A stretch of DNA of 64,000 nucleotides from Candidatus Latescibacterota bacterium (GCA_965204375.1 OZ241986.1:1152001-1216000), one strand, 5' to 3'; shown: positions 38,945 to 49,602, counted from the stretch's first letter. The notes: generated by a model from the letters alone, not told the origin. Translations and numbers: made by a program.

Positions 38945-40258
38945 ATGAAGAAATGGCTTTTGATTTTGATGGGGTTCTGTTTGATTCCAATTCTGGTTCA
39001 GGCAAAACACCATGCGGCGAAGGAAACACACAATTGGCCCCATTTGCGGGGACCAAATGCAAACGGACTCGTGGATAAAGGCAATCCTCCCGTGGAATGG
39101 AGCGAAGATACCAATATCCGCTGGAAAGTAAAAATTCCGGGTACGGGTCACGCCACGCCTATTGTATGGGGCGATAAAATTTTTGTTCAGACAGCGGTTA
39201 AGACCGACAAAACCGTAGAAGTTGTCCAGAATGCCAGAAAGCCTTTGCCCACGCATATTTATAATTTTATGTTGATTGCACTGGATCGCAAAAGCGGCGA
39301 TGTGGTGTGGGAAAAGACCGTGCGCGAGGCACTACCCCACGAAGGGACTCATAAAACGGCTAATTATGCTGGCTCATCGGGTGTTACAGACGGCGAGCAT
39401 CTGTACGCATTTTACGGTTCTTGGGGGCTTTACTGTTTTGACTTCGACGGCAATTTGAAATGGGATAAGGACCTGGGCGATATGAGAGTTGCAGGCTCTT
39501 TTGGAGAAGGCTCATCGCCGACTATTCACGGCAATACGCTGATTATCAACTGGGACCACCAGGGCGATTCGTTTATTGTCGCGCTGGATAAACGCACGGG
39601 TGAGGAAATCTGGCGCACGGCGCGACGGGAAAGAACGACTTGGACCACACCGATCGTTGTCGAACACAATGGCACGCAACAGATTATTGTGGGCGCGAGC
39701 AGAAAGACCCGAAGTTACGATCTCAAAACTGGCGATGTCTTGTGGGAATGCGCGGGACTGGGGTCAAATGTCATTCCCACCGCCCTCTATGCCGATGGTA
39801 TCGTCTATGTTACAAGCGGTCATAGAGACCCGGCCATGCTGGCGATTTCACTCGACAAAGCGAAAGGCGATATTACGGGTACTGATGCCGTTCTGTGGAC
39901 TGTTACTGGCAACAAAACCCCTTATGTTTCCTCGCCTCTTCTTTCCGGAAACAATATCTATAGCATGAGAAAAACTACTAATATTTTGTTCTGTTTCAAT
40001 GCCAAAACAGGCGAAACAGTTTTCGGTCCCGAGCGACTCCAGGGCCTGAATCGCATATACTCTCCGCTGGTTGGCACGGGTGACCGCATTTACCTCGCCG
40101 GGCTGGCTGGTACGACATTTGTGATCAAGAACGGCAGCGAATTTGAAGTGCTCGCAAAAAACAAGCTCGACGAGGGCACGGGTGCATCTCCAGTTATCGC
40201 TGGTGACGAGTTGTATTTGCGCGGCAACGAACACCTCTATTGTATTGCGGCAAATTGA
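38945..40258 (+). CDS. Exported PQQ-like beta-propeller protein
   Basis: Signal peptide, NWPHLRGP, FGEGSSP, WTTP, YVSSP. Confidence 0.85.
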   Translation: MKKWLLILMGFCLIPILVQAKHHAAKETHNWPHLRGPNANGLVDKGNPPVEWSEDTNIRWKVKIPGTGHATPIVWGDKIFVQTAVKTDKTVEVVQNARKPLPTHIYNFMLIALDRKSGDVVWEKTVREALPHEGTHKTANYAGSSGVTDGEHLYAFYGSWGLYCFDFDGNLKWDKDLGDMRVAGSFGEGSSPTIHGNTLIINWDHQGDSFIVALDKRTGEEIWRTARRERTTWTTPIVVEHNGTQQIIVGASRKTRSYDLKTGDVLWECAGLGSNVIPTALYADGIVYVTSGHRDPAMLAISLDKAKGDITGTDAVLWTVTGNKTPYVSSPLLSGNNIYSMRKTTNILFCFNAKTGETVFGPERLQGLNRIYSPLVGTGDRIYLAGLAGTTFVIKNGSEFEVLAKNKLDEGTGASPVIAGDELYLRGNEHLYCIAAN

Positions 40259-40296
40259 TCGCGGATTAAACGGATGGCGCGGATTTCACGGATTAA
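40256..40296 (+). repeat. CGGAT repeat array starting at a stop codon
   Basis: TGAtcgcggattaaacggatggcgcggatttcacggatt. Confidence 0.7.
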
Positions 40297-40398
40297 ATCT
40301 GCGCCATCGTTATTTCGGGAGCACAGCGATTGAATCTGGATGCTATCAAAAATTGCAATAGCTGGAGCGTCCGATTTGTAAACTTTGAAAGGATTGGT

Positions 40399-41358
40399 AT
40401 GCAGCGCAACGCATTTCAAGTCGTACTCATCTTCGCGGTAGCCCTATTTATTGGATGTGGCGCGCCTCAGGATCGAGAGGATAAATTTCTCAGCGTGGGC
40501 ACGGCGCCGCCCGGTGGTGCGTTTTTTGTCGTGGGGGGTGCGATTGCCCAGGTTGTCAACGATCACATGCCCTGGGAGGTTTCTGCCGAGGCCACCAAGG
40601 GTACGCAGGAGAATATTCGCCGCCTTTCGAGCGGAGAATTGGATTTTGCACTGGCCAATGCCGCGATTTCCTATTTTGCCGTGCGCGGAGAAGGCGCGTG
40701 GGGAGAGAAACAGAATATCAATGCGGTTATGACATTGGCACCGAATGTCGCGCTTTTTATTGCGCCACAAAGCGCGGGTGTCAATGGCTTGGGCGATCTC
40801 AAGGGCAAGCGCGTTGTCGTTGGGCCAGCGGGTGCGGGATTTGAGTATTTCTTAAGACCCATCCTGAATGCGCACGGGGTCACTTATGACGATTTTAAAC
40901 CGCTTCACAATACGCAGGCGGGAACGGTTGACATGCTCGCCGACGGATCGGCTGCGGCGGCTTTTTTAGGGGGTGCAGTGCCCACGGCTTCAATCACTCA
41001 GGCCAGTGCGTCTCAGGATATTTATTTTATTCCCTACGATGAATCGGCCAAACAAAGTCTTTTTGAGACTTATCCTTTCTTTTTTGCCGCAACGATTCCC
41101 GCCAATACGTACCGGGGACAAGCAGAAGATTTCGCCGGGATGAATGTCGGTTCTATGCATCTCATCACGCGGGCGAGTTTGAGCGAGGATACGGTTTACA
41201 ATTTTACCAAAACGCTCTATGAACGCCGTGAGGAAGTCGTAAAAAAACACCCGGCAGGCAGGGCGATAAATCCCAAAAATATCGTTCGAGATACGGGTAC
41301 GCCGTTTCATCCGGGTGCGATAAAATATTTCAAAGAAATTGGTATCTGGGGCGAATAG
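40399..41358 (+). CDS. TAXI-family TRAP transporter solute receptor (lipoprotein)
   Basis: Lipobox-like FIGC; GTAPPGGAFF, ATKGTQEN, PFHPGAIKYF. Confidence 0.9.
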   Translation: MQRNAFQVVLIFAVALFIGCGAPQDREDKFLSVGTAPPGGAFFVVGGAIAQVVNDHMPWEVSAEATKGTQENIRRLSSGELDFALANAAISYFAVRGEGAWGEKQNINAVMTLAPNVALFIAPQSAGVNGLGDLKGKRVVVGPAGAGFEYFLRPILNAHGVTYDDFKPLHNTQAGTVDMLADGSAAAAFLGGAVPTASITQASASQDIYFIPYDESAKQSLFETYPFFFAATIPANTYRGQAEDFAGMNVGSMHLITRASLSEDTVYNFTKTLYERREEVVKKHPAGRAINPKNIVRDTGTPFHPGAIKYFKEIGIWGE

Positions 41359-41362
41359 ACGC

Positions 41363-43249
41363 ATGATGCGCCTCTATTCCCACCTGTTTCGTATTCTCTC
41401 TATCCTTCTCGGTCTTTTTATTCTGGTCGAAGTCAATTATCCGCAACTCTCGCCACAAGCCCAGCTTTCAGTTTTTGCCCTGCTGGGCTTGTGTCTTGTG
41501 TTTCTAAAATATCCGATCCATCCCAATAAATCCCTCCAGATCCTCGATCTTCTTTTTGTGCTGGTAGTTGTGTTCTGTTTTGGTTATGTGCTGACCCAGA
41601 CCGAATCCCTCTTTCAATTTTCCTGGCTCAATGGGCAATCTCTGGGGAATCGCGCAGGGCACGAACACGCGCTCGATCACGTTGTCGGCCTCATTGGCCT
41701 CATTCTGGTTCTCGAAGCCACCCGTCGCGCCATTGGTCTCACCCTGCCCCTGCTCGCACTCGCTTTTCTGATTTATGCCGCTTATGGATATATCCTGCCC
41801 GACTGGCTCTTTCCCCACCGCGGATATAACTGGGAGCGCATTGTCTCTCAGACCTATCTCCACTCTCAGGGCGTTTTTGGCATCGCGTTGAAAGTGATGT
41901 TTACTTACGTTTTTCTTTTTGTACTTTTTGGCACTGTGCTCGAAGAGACCGGCGCTACGGGATATATTCTGAATACAGCTCGGCGCATTTTTCGCCGTAG
42001 CACCGGGGGACCGGCCAAAGTGGCTGTTATTTCTTCGGGTATGATGGGGTCTCTTTCGGGCAGTGCTGTGGCCAATACGGCGACCACTGGTACGTTTACC
42101 ATTCCGCTGATGCGCTCAACGGGTTTTCGTCCAACTGTTGCTGGCGGCATTGAAGCCGCAGCGAGTTCGGGGGGTGCGCTCGTCCCGCCGATTATGGGGG
42201 CGGGGGCGTATATGATGCTCGAAATCGTCGAGCCGGCTGTCACGTATTTGGAAATTATCAAAGCGGCTCTGGTTCCGGCGATCCTCTATTACGCGGCTCT
42301 TTTGCTGATTGTCCATTTTCACGCCAAGCGCATTGGGGTGTCTGCAAGTGAGGGAGACGCCCCTGAGCGTCCTCCCAGATCCCGGGGGCTGGTATTTCTC
42401 GTCGCTTTCATCACACTTATTGTGTTTCTCATTCTGGGGTACACGCCTTTTCGCGCCGTGAGTATCGCTCTGCTTTTTGTCCTCATTGTCAGCGTATTTA
42501 GCCCCACAACGCGCGTTGGTCCCCGCGCTATGATCCGCGCATTGGAAAAGGCCGCACACGGCGGTGTTTCGCTTATTGCAGCGGCTTCATGTGTGGGTAT
42601 TATTATTGGTGTTGTGACGCTTACGGGTATTGGCACAAAACTTCCGAGCACTTTGTTGCCACTGGCGCAAAACAATATCATTCTGGCTTTGATTCTGCTG
42701 ATGGTCTCCACCATCATCCTGGGCATGGGCTTGCCTTCAGCCGTGTGTTATCTGCTTATGGCGACTCTGGTGGGACCCGTTCTTAGTGACCTCGGCATTG
42801 TGCCATTGGGAGCGCATCTGTTTATTTTTTATTTTGGCATGATGTCTATGGTTACGCCTCCGGTCGCGCTTGCTGCGTACACGGCTGCCGCGATTGCAAA
42901 GGCGAGTATTATGCAAACTGGCGTTACGGCTTTCCGCTTTGCCCTTGTGGGCTTTGCTTTGCCCTATGCCTTTGTTCTGCATCCAGAAATTTTGCTCTTG
43001 TCCTCTGATATTTCCGCTATAATCGCCAATATCCTCGTCGTCCTGCTCGGTATTTTACCTCTATCAGCCGCCGCGGCCGGGCATGCTTTTGCCCCTTTGC
43101 ACACTTATCAACGCGTCCTTTTACTCGCCGCTGCCCTCCTCTTATTCCTCACGCCATCGGGGGATGCCCGCCTCTATTTGCAGGGTATCGCACTGCTCAT
43201 CGCCGGTGTCATCGCGATCTCAAACTATCGGTCTGTTCATCAGGACTGA
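41363..43249 (+). CDS. TAXI-TRAP fused 4TM/12TM permease
   Basis: LEATRR, GGPAKVAV, GSAVAN, EAAASSGG..PPIMGAGA, TPPVALAAY. Confidence 0.9.
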   Translation: MMRLYSHLFRILSILLGLFILVEVNYPQLSPQAQLSVFALLGLCLVFLKYPIHPNKSLQILDLLFVLVVVFCFGYVLTQTESLFQFSWLNGQSLGNRAGHEHALDHVVGLIGLILVLEATRRAIGLTLPLLALAFLIYAAYGYILPDWLFPHRGYNWERIVSQTYLHSQGVFGIALKVMFTYVFLFVLFGTVLEETGATGYILNTARRIFRRSTGGPAKVAVISSGMMGSLSGSAVANTATTGTFTIPLMRSTGFRPTVAGGIEAAASSGGALVPPIMGAGAYMMLEIVEPAVTYLEIIKAALVPAILYYAALLLIVHFHAKRIGVSASEGDAPERPPRSRGLVFLVAFITLIVFLILGYTPFRAVSIALLFVLIVSVFSPTTRVGPRAMIRALEKAAHGGVSLIAAASCVGIIIGVVTLTGIGTKLPSTLLPLAQNNIILALILLMVSTIILGMGLPSAVCYLLMATLVGPVLSDLGIVPLGAHLFIFYFGMMSMVTPPVALAAYTAAAIAKASIMQTGVTAFRFALVGFALPYAFVLHPEILLLSSDISAIIANILVVLLGILPLSAAAAGHAFAPLHTYQRVLLLAAALLLFLTPSGDARLYLQGIALLIAGVIAISNYRSVHQD

Positions 43250-45507
43250 ATGGTCAGATATTCTGGTCCGGATGATAGAGAAAGAACGGTGCTTTCATCG
43301 GGAGACAGGTTGATTTGCGCGGTTGTATTTCTCGCAGAAAGTGCGATTTGATTTTCTGATACAGTCATCGAAAAGTCGGGATCGCTCTCTCCTGGACCGC
43401 GGACAGAGAAAATCGCGGCAATTCTGCAGCGTTCTACGCGCTCTGTCTCGGCTGTGAGATGCCATCGCTTTTCCGGCAATTCTTTATCGAGGGTTGGATA
43501 TCCTTTGTCTGGCGGTACGGGCCAGGCATTTGTCTGGCTGAGGCTAAGATTTGTTGAGCCAAAAAGCTGACCTTTTAATGATGCGCCCTTGCGGTTGGAT
43601 GTGACAGTCGTCGCATTGAGATCAAATTTTTCGAATGCGTGTAGCAACCACTGGAATGTCGATGCTTCGGGGGCTTCCAATTCATCGACGAGAATTAAAA
43701 TCGACGGGCGGATCATCACGAGATGTCGCCTGTATCGGTTCAACCGGTCTCCGTAAGCGTTTTCGGCTTCGCCGCAGACATAGCCAAACGGATGCGTGGT
43801 CTTAAAATCGATAATTTCGCCGCCGCGATTGCCATCCCGGTTGATCGCGCCTTCGCCATTGACGAGAACGCAGTTGTGTGAAATCGAGTGTTGTGCGTAT
43901 TCATTGTGAAATGGCGTGCCGTGATGCGGGAAGCGAAGGCCACCGGCGCAGATTAAAGCGCGTCCGCCTTTCATTATTGCAAAATCATTCTGGCTCGCAT
44001 GACCGTGACTCACGCCGCCAAAGGGCGATGAACGAAAGAGTACCATAAAATCACTGTCCGGGTGTTCGATGTCGCTGTGCAATGCGCCCCAGCCAACGCC
44101 TCGAAAGACGCGGTCTTGTGGAATCGAATCTTCTTCTGGTAGGATGGGTTTGTCTTCGAGCAGAATGCCCAGAAAGGGATCGATCTCTGCGGGCTGACCT
44201 TCAGGGTCGCGCACCTGATCCGCCCAGGCGCGCAGCCGGTGATTTTGCAATCTGAGACCCTGAAATTGAAGAAAGGTTCTGGCTTGTGAGGCGCGAACGG
44301 GTTGATCTTCGGTATCGCCAAATGGCATAAGCTCGCCAATTGGGGATACGACGTAATAAAAAAACCACGGCATGTTCTGATAATAGGGTTTGAGCCATAT
44401 ATCGTGTCCGGTTGCCAGTTTCCAGGCGTGAAAAGGCATTGCGTCCCGCGAGTTGTAAGACAGGCCATAGGGTACGCCCTGTGCCCAACCTCCTTCGTGT
44501 CCGGCCCAATGGGGAAAATTTGTCGCAATAAGTTTGAGTGCGTATTCCGCCCATGAAGGCGCGCGTTTGTCTTCAGCACATGCAATGGCGTGTTCGAGTA
44601 AAAAGCCGGGCAGGCGACCGTTGTGGCTCTCTTCGGGCGTGAATGTATAATCGTGTTTCTCCAGTCTGCGAATCATCTGATCTGCCCGCGCGCCGAGCAT
44701 GCGCGCGACGAGTTCACGTTCGTCTTTGGTGAAAATATCGTAGATCCAGTCATAGACTTCTGCGCCCGCTCTGAGCAATCCGAGGCCGACTTCGTCGCCA
44801 TAAGGCGCGAGAATAGAGGATATGCCCTCCACATCCCACTGCGCGGCGTCAACAATAAAGCGCCGTGCGGCTTCGCCATATCGCTTTTCTCCAGTGAGTA
44901 AATAAAAAAGGGCGAGTGTTCGCATGCCACCGTCGTGATATTTTCGCATGGTTCCGAAACACTCGACATAAGCCAACCTGCGTTCGGCGGGGTCTTCAAT
45001 CTGGTCGTATGTCGGCTCTGGTGGTAGTTCGAGTGTGAGTGCGTGGTCAGCGTCTTTTTTCAGGGCTTCATAAGCTTCGGATCGGGTGGATGTTAGCGTA
45101 CGGCGTACATCTTCCAGGTCAGATGCCAGAAAGAAGAGCCGCGGGCGTTCTTTTGGGACGTTCGCCAACAGTGAAGCGACGTCTGGGTGAGGTTGTTCGG
45201 CAGCGCAATCAGCAATCTCAAAAGAACGGCTTTCCGAGCGCGCTTGAACCGCGCCAGCTACAATGGCCTGTACATGCCAGTCGTATGTTCCGGTCGCAAA
45301 AACGCGATCTGGATGGTGTATGGGATCGGAGAGCAGTGAAGATTCGTAGTAGGGTTTTCCTTCGCGTGTGACAATTACGCGATATTGACATGCATCCCGA
45401 TCAGCAGCCCGCCACCAGCTAAAGCCGGGGGGCGAGAGTGTGAGCGTTTCACCGTCGAGTGGATGAATATAATTGGCGCGCGGCGGACGAATGGATGGAA
45501 ATTTCAT
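43240..45507 (-). CDS. DUF4962 / heparinase II/III-like polysaccharide lyase
   Basis: N-terminal beta domain, RPRLF, GGWAQG..Y, PFGD, SHGHASQNDF, SHN. Confidence 0.75.
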   Translation of the reverse strand: MKFPSIRPPRANYIHPLDGETLTLSPPGFSWWRAADRDACQYRVIVTREGKPYYESSLLSDPIHHPDRVFATGTYDWHVQAIVAGAVQARSESRSFEIADCAAEQPHPDVASLLANVPKERPRLFFLASDLEDVRRTLTSTRSEAYEALKKDADHALTLELPPEPTYDQIEDPAERRLAYVECFGTMRKYHDGGMRTLALFYLLTGEKRYGEAARRFIVDAAQWDVEGISSILAPYGDEVGLGLLRAGAEVYDWIYDIFTKDERELVARMLGARADQMIRRLEKHDYTFTPEESHNGRLPGFLLEHAIACAEDKRAPSWAEYALKLIATNFPHWAGHEGGWAQGVPYGLSYNSRDAMPFHAWKLATGHDIWLKPYYQNMPWFFYYVVSPIGELMPFGDTEDQPVRASQARTFLQFQGLRLQNHRLRAWADQVRDPEGQPAEIDPFLGILLEDKPILPEEDSIPQDRVFRGVGWGALHSDIEHPDSDFMVLFRSSPFGGVSHGHASQNDFAIMKGGRALICAGGLRFPHHGTPFHNEYAQHSISHNCVLVNGEGAINRDGNRGGEIIDFKTTHPFGYVCGEAENAYGDRLNRYRRHLVMIRPSILILVDELEAPEASTFQWLLHAFEKFDLNATTVTSNRKGASLKGQLFGSTNLSLSQTNAWPVPPDKGYPTLDKELPEKRWHLTAETERVERCRIAAIFSVRGPGESDPDFSMTVSENQIALSARNTTAQINLSPDESTVLSLSSGPEYLTIQS

Positions 45508-45527
45508 ATTTGGTGTCCTTTCTGTTT

Positions 45528-46688
45528 CTAAGACCACATCACTGTGCCATCGGGCAGGTGTTTTAATATTTCTTCTTCGTCTAATTCAATGCCCAGTCCG
45601 GGACCTTCTGGCACGGTGATATATCCATTTTGAATCGGATTTTTGATATTCAACATCGTTGACCAGAGCGGGATATTGGCCGAGTGATATTCCAGAGCGA
45701 GGAAATTGGGTATGGTGGAGCAGATGTGTACAGCGGCTATACCTGCTACTGTGCTCGCCATATAATGCGGCGCGATCGACATGTGATACATTTCTGCCAG
45801 TTCTGAGATGCGCCGCGTTTCTATGGCACCGCCACTGCGCGGTATGTCGGGTTCGAGCAGGTCGCACGCACCTTTTTCCATGAGTTCCCGAAATAGCTTT
45901 GCGCCGTAAAAGATTTCGCCGGTGCAAATCGGCGTTTCTGTTTGCATACAAATTTTTGCCAGGGCATCTACGTTACCCCATTCCCATCGGATCGGGTCTT
46001 CCAACCACAATAAGTCGAGGTGTTCCACATCTTTGCATATCCGCAGACCATCAACCGCGTTAAACGATCCGTGCAGATCTATCGATAAATCGATATACGG
46101 CCCGATTGCATCGCGCAACGCTTCAATTGTCGTCACGATATGTTCGTGTTGTCGTCGTCCGACAGACCGATCGTACACATCCATTTTCCAGGGGTTGGGC
46201 ACGTCCAGGTCGAATTTTAAGGCTGTAAATCCTTCGGCAACGCGCTCTTTTGCCCGCGCTACATAGCTCGATGTTTCATATACGGGGTCTAATTCACCCG
46301 ATGCCCGGACTTCATCCCAGCGTCGATTATAGTCTTCTGGTGTCCAGTACGCGCCCGAATGGCAATCGCAATACATTCGCACTTTGTCGCGCAGCTTGCC
46401 TCCGAGGAGATCGCACATTGGTACGCCCAGTGCTTTGCCTTTAATATCCCAGAGTGCGATTTCTACGCCTGCGCCCGCGCCCTGCATACGCCACAGGTGA
46501 TCGTGATGTAATTGGTTTACATTGGTTGGGTCTTTTCCTATTAGCGTATTCTTTAGTTGATCAACCGATTGTCCTCCGCGCCATTCCCCCAATCCTTCAA
46601 TGCCTTCGTCTGTGATGATTTTCAATAACGACCAGTGCCGGCATGCAGCCCCCAAGGAGGGCGTTTTTTTTATATCTACGATTTTCAT
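45528..46688 (-). CDS. Mandelate racemase/muconate lactonizing (enolase superfamily) sugar-acid dehydratase
   Basis: ALWDIKGK, KFD, DLH, WLEDP, TGE, APH, PGLGIE. Confidence 0.85.
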   Translation of the reverse strand: MKIVDIKKTPSLGAACRHWSLLKIITDEGIEGLGEWRGGQSVDQLKNTLIGKDPTNVNQLHHDHLWRMQGAGAGVEIALWDIKGKALGVPMCDLLGGKLRDKVRMYCDCHSGAYWTPEDYNRRWDEVRASGELDPVYETSSYVARAKERVAEGFTALKFDLDVPNPWKMDVYDRSVGRRQHEHIVTTIEALRDAIGPYIDLSIDLHGSFNAVDGLRICKDVEHLDLLWLEDPIRWEWGNVDALAKICMQTETPICTGEIFYGAKLFRELMEKGACDLLEPDIPRSGGAIETRRISELAEMYHMSIAPHYMASTVAGIAAVHICSTIPNFLALEYHSANIPLWSTMLNIKNPIQNGYITVPEGPGLGIELDEEEILKHLPDGTVMWS

Positions 46689-46702
46689 GTTACCTCCTCA
46701 TA

Positions 46703-48103
46703 TTAGTATCCCCAAATTCGTTTTTTCGGTCGCTCCATTTCGATTAGCCGTTTGATCAATAGATGCCGATGTTCTATCAGTGCATTTGTGTGGTCTGGCT
46801 CTTGCGATACATCGCGGTATTCGCCCCATTCGGCGTTCAGGTCATAGAGAAATTCCTGTCCGTCATCATGCGCGATATAGCGATAGTTTTCAGACCGTAT
46901 CATTTTCCAGCCCGTGGCTTCCATCAATGCGACTGATTTGTCTGGATCTCTGCCCCCGCTGAAAACGGGATATAGCGATTGGCCCTGTAAATGGGGTGGG
47001 AGGGGTACACCGCAGGCTTCGAGCAAGGTGGGGAGTACATCGACGCCTTCGACGAGGCTCGATACGCGACGTCCGCCTTCTTTGCCGGGGATGCGCATCA
47101 GCAAGGGGACGCGACTCACGCAATCGTGCCCCGGATAGCCTTTGCCATAGCGCAAGTGTTCGCCCAGCCATTCGCCGTGATCGGATGTGAAGATTACGAT
47201 TGTTTCATCTGCAATGCCCAATTCGTCCAGTGCGTCTAACATGCGGCCCACATGGTGATCGACTTCGCTGACCATGCCGTAATATCCCTGTCGCACGAGG
47301 CGAAGCTCGCAATCGCTGTAGTGATTCTCATTGCGTTTTTCATCGGTTTCTGGCGGGAAGGATGGCAAGGTAATTTGATCGGGATCGTACAGGTCCAGAA
47401 AACGCTGTGGCGCGACCCAGGGCGAATGCGGGGAGTAAATTCCCGCGATGCACAAAAATGGATGGCCTTCATTCGCGCGTTCCGCCATATATTGAATGGA
47501 TCGGCTCGCCACCCACGCCGTGTGTGTGTATTCATCTTTTCCGCGAAAGGGGATGGGATGTTTGGGAAATCGCTCATCGGGGTGATGCACGCCGTCTTTT
47601 TCGCCCATTATCTGATGCCAGCGCTCTGCCAATGGCGGCAATCCGAGGCTCAAATGGTCGAGTTGGTCTGGTGCTTCCATGCGTACCCAGGCGCGATAAG
47701 CGTCTTCGTAACAGCCGGGTTCGTCACTGATCTCCAGATGGTCAAATCCATAATCGGGATGTACTTCGCGGTGGTCTCGGTTGGCGTGTGGCAAAAAGTG
47801 CAATTTGCCGATATTTGCCGAGTGATATCCCGAATTGTGCAGCAATTTGGGCAATGTCACAAAGTCTTCGGGCACGGGTACACCCATGTGCGTAATGCCG
47901 AGTGTGGAGGGATATTGTCCGGTCAAAAAGCTCACCCGACTGGGCATGCACACGGGGTTCTGGACAAAGTAGTGGTCGAAGTTTATACCCTCGTTTGCCA
48001 GACGATCCAGATTTGGCGTCTGAATATCGGTGTTTCCATTTATTCCCATGGCATCCCACCGCTGTTGGTCGGTGTAAATCAATAAGATATTCGGTCGTTT
48101 CAT
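46703..48103 (-). CDS. Formylglycine-dependent sulfatase
   Basis: PNILLIYTDQQR, CMPSR (CxPxR), GKLH, SDHG. Confidence 0.9.
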   Translation of the reverse strand: MKRPNILLIYTDQQRWDAMGINGNTDIQTPNLDRLANEGINFDHYFVQNPVCMPSRVSFLTGQYPSTLGITHMGVPVPEDFVTLPKLLHNSGYHSANIGKLHFLPHANRDHREVHPDYGFDHLEISDEPGCYEDAYRAWVRMEAPDQLDHLSLGLPPLAERWHQIMGEKDGVHHPDERFPKHPIPFRGKDEYTHTAWVASRSIQYMAERANEGHPFLCIAGIYSPHSPWVAPQRFLDLYDPDQITLPSFPPETDEKRNENHYSDCELRLVRQGYYGMVSEVDHHVGRMLDALDELGIADETIVIFTSDHGEWLGEHLRYGKGYPGHDCVSRVPLLMRIPGKEGGRRVSSLVEGVDVLPTLLEACGVPLPPHLQGQSLYPVFSGGRDPDKSVALMEATGWKMIRSENYRYIAHDDGQEFLYDLNAEWGEYRDVSQEPDHTNALIEHRHLLIKRLIEMERPKKRIWGY

Positions 48104-48251
48104 ATTGTTCCTTTCTTTTGTGTGATAAGGTCGTCCATAATACCCAAATTTGCCGCCAAAATCCACTGCCTTTTCCCTTGACATACCGTCCTATTTCGCC
48201 TTTTTTGGTGTGACTTTGACGGACTTTTATTACTGATTATAGGAGATTTCA

Positions 48252-49541
48252 ATGCATTATAAAACACCGATTACCGATGTTCAGATTGAAGCCAATTTCG
48301 AGCACGCTGCCGAACAGTACGCCGCTTTCGGCGTGGATATTGAACGGGCTGTGGATAGGGCACTCGAAGTGCCGATCTCGCTCCATTGCTGGCAGGGTGA
48401 CGATGTGGCGGGTTTTGAAGTCAAAGACGAGGCTGTTGAAGGCGGCGGCATTATGGCTACGGGCAATTATCCCGGTCGCGCGCGCAATGGAGATGAGCTT
48501 CGTCGGGACCTGAAAAAAGTGGTTGATCTGTTGCCCGGGCCACACAGGGCAAATATCCACGCTTCTTATGGTGATACGAGTGGCAAGGTCGTCGATCGCG
48601 ATGCCCTGGAGCCTGAGCACTTTGCGGAGTGGGTTGATTGGGCAAGAGCGTATGATATCGGTATTGATTTTAATCCCACTTATTTTGCGCATCCCAAAGC
48701 CAATGATGGTTTTACCCTGAGCCATCCCGATAAGAGTATTCGCGATTTTTGGATTCAACACGGTATTGCGAGCCGCCGCATCTCTGAAGCCATTGGGAAA
48801 GCACTGGGGGATGAGGTTGTCAACAACCACTGGATTCCCGATGGCGCCAAAGACCATCCCGCTGATCGATGGACGCCCCGCGAGCGGCTGGTGGAAGCAT
48901 TGGATACTGTCTTTGACGATGGTCTGGGCATCGGTCCCGAATGCGTCGATGCGGTTGAAGGCAAGCTCTTTGGATTGGGTATGGAAGACTATACGGTTGG
49001 GTCCAATGATTTTTACGCCAATTATGCGCTGACCCGGGACGTACTCCTCTGTCTCGATATGGGGCATTTTCATCCGACTGAGTCGATTGCCGATAAGCTC
49101 TCGGCGCATTTTGCTTTCCACGACAAGTTGCTCATTCACACGAGCCGTCCCATTCGCTGGGACTCGGATCACGTCGTTCTCTTTAGCGATGATGTGCGCT
49201 ATGTTTTTCTCGAGCTCGCCCGCCACAATGCGATTGATCGCATGTATCTCGCGCTCGATTTCTTCGATGCGAGCATCAATCGCATCGCGGCTTATGTTAT
49301 TGGCACGCGCGCCACGCGCAAAGCCCTCCTCTATGGCCTCGTTGATCCGACTGATCGCCTGCGCCAACTCGAAGCCGAAGGCAAACTCGCGCAAAAACTC
49401 GCGCTGATGGAAGATATGAAGACGATGCCATTTTCCGCTGTGTGGGATATGTGCTGCCTCAAAGCCAATGTGCCTATCGGTGCTTCCTGGCTGGATGAGA
49501 TAGAGACTTATGAGCGCGATGTGTTGTCGCAACGCGATTGA
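48252..49541 (+). CDS. rhaA: L-rhamnose isomerase
   Basis: SLHCWQGDDV.GFE, GGIMATGNYPGRAR, DFNPT, WIPDG, LDMGHFHPTE, RPIRWDSDHV, LDFFDASINR. Confidence 0.95.
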   Translation: MHYKTPITDVQIEANFEHAAEQYAAFGVDIERAVDRALEVPISLHCWQGDDVAGFEVKDEAVEGGGIMATGNYPGRARNGDELRRDLKKVVDLLPGPHRANIHASYGDTSGKVVDRDALEPEHFAEWVDWARAYDIGIDFNPTYFAHPKANDGFTLSHPDKSIRDFWIQHGIASRRISEAIGKALGDEVVNNHWIPDGAKDHPADRWTPRERLVEALDTVFDDGLGIGPECVDAVEGKLFGLGMEDYTVGSNDFYANYALTRDVLLCLDMGHFHPTESIADKLSAHFAFHDKLLIHTSRPIRWDSDHVVLFSDDVRYVFLELARHNAIDRMYLALDFFDASINRIAAYVIGTRATRKALLYGLVDPTDRLRQLEAEGKLAQKLALMEDMKTMPFSAVWDMCCLKANVPIGASWLDEIETYERDVLSQRD

Positions 49542-49567
49542 GAATGCAAATAACGAAATAAAAACAT

Positions 49568-49602
49568 AAAACGGCTGCCAGATTGATCTGACGGCCGTTT
49601 TT
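49568..49602. terminator. Bidirectional intrinsic terminator between convergent genes
   Basis: AAAACGGCTGCCAGAT…ATCTGACGGCCGTTTTT. Confidence 0.75.

Noticed and set aside
13267-40258. PQQ biosynthesis or RiPP cluster
   Set aside because: No pqqA-E, no SPASM radical SAM or PqqD/RRE, and no credible precursor ORF in the short intergenic gaps.
48249-49532. 427-aa antisense ORF
   Set aside because: Exact shadow of the well-conserved rhaA; no motifs of its own.
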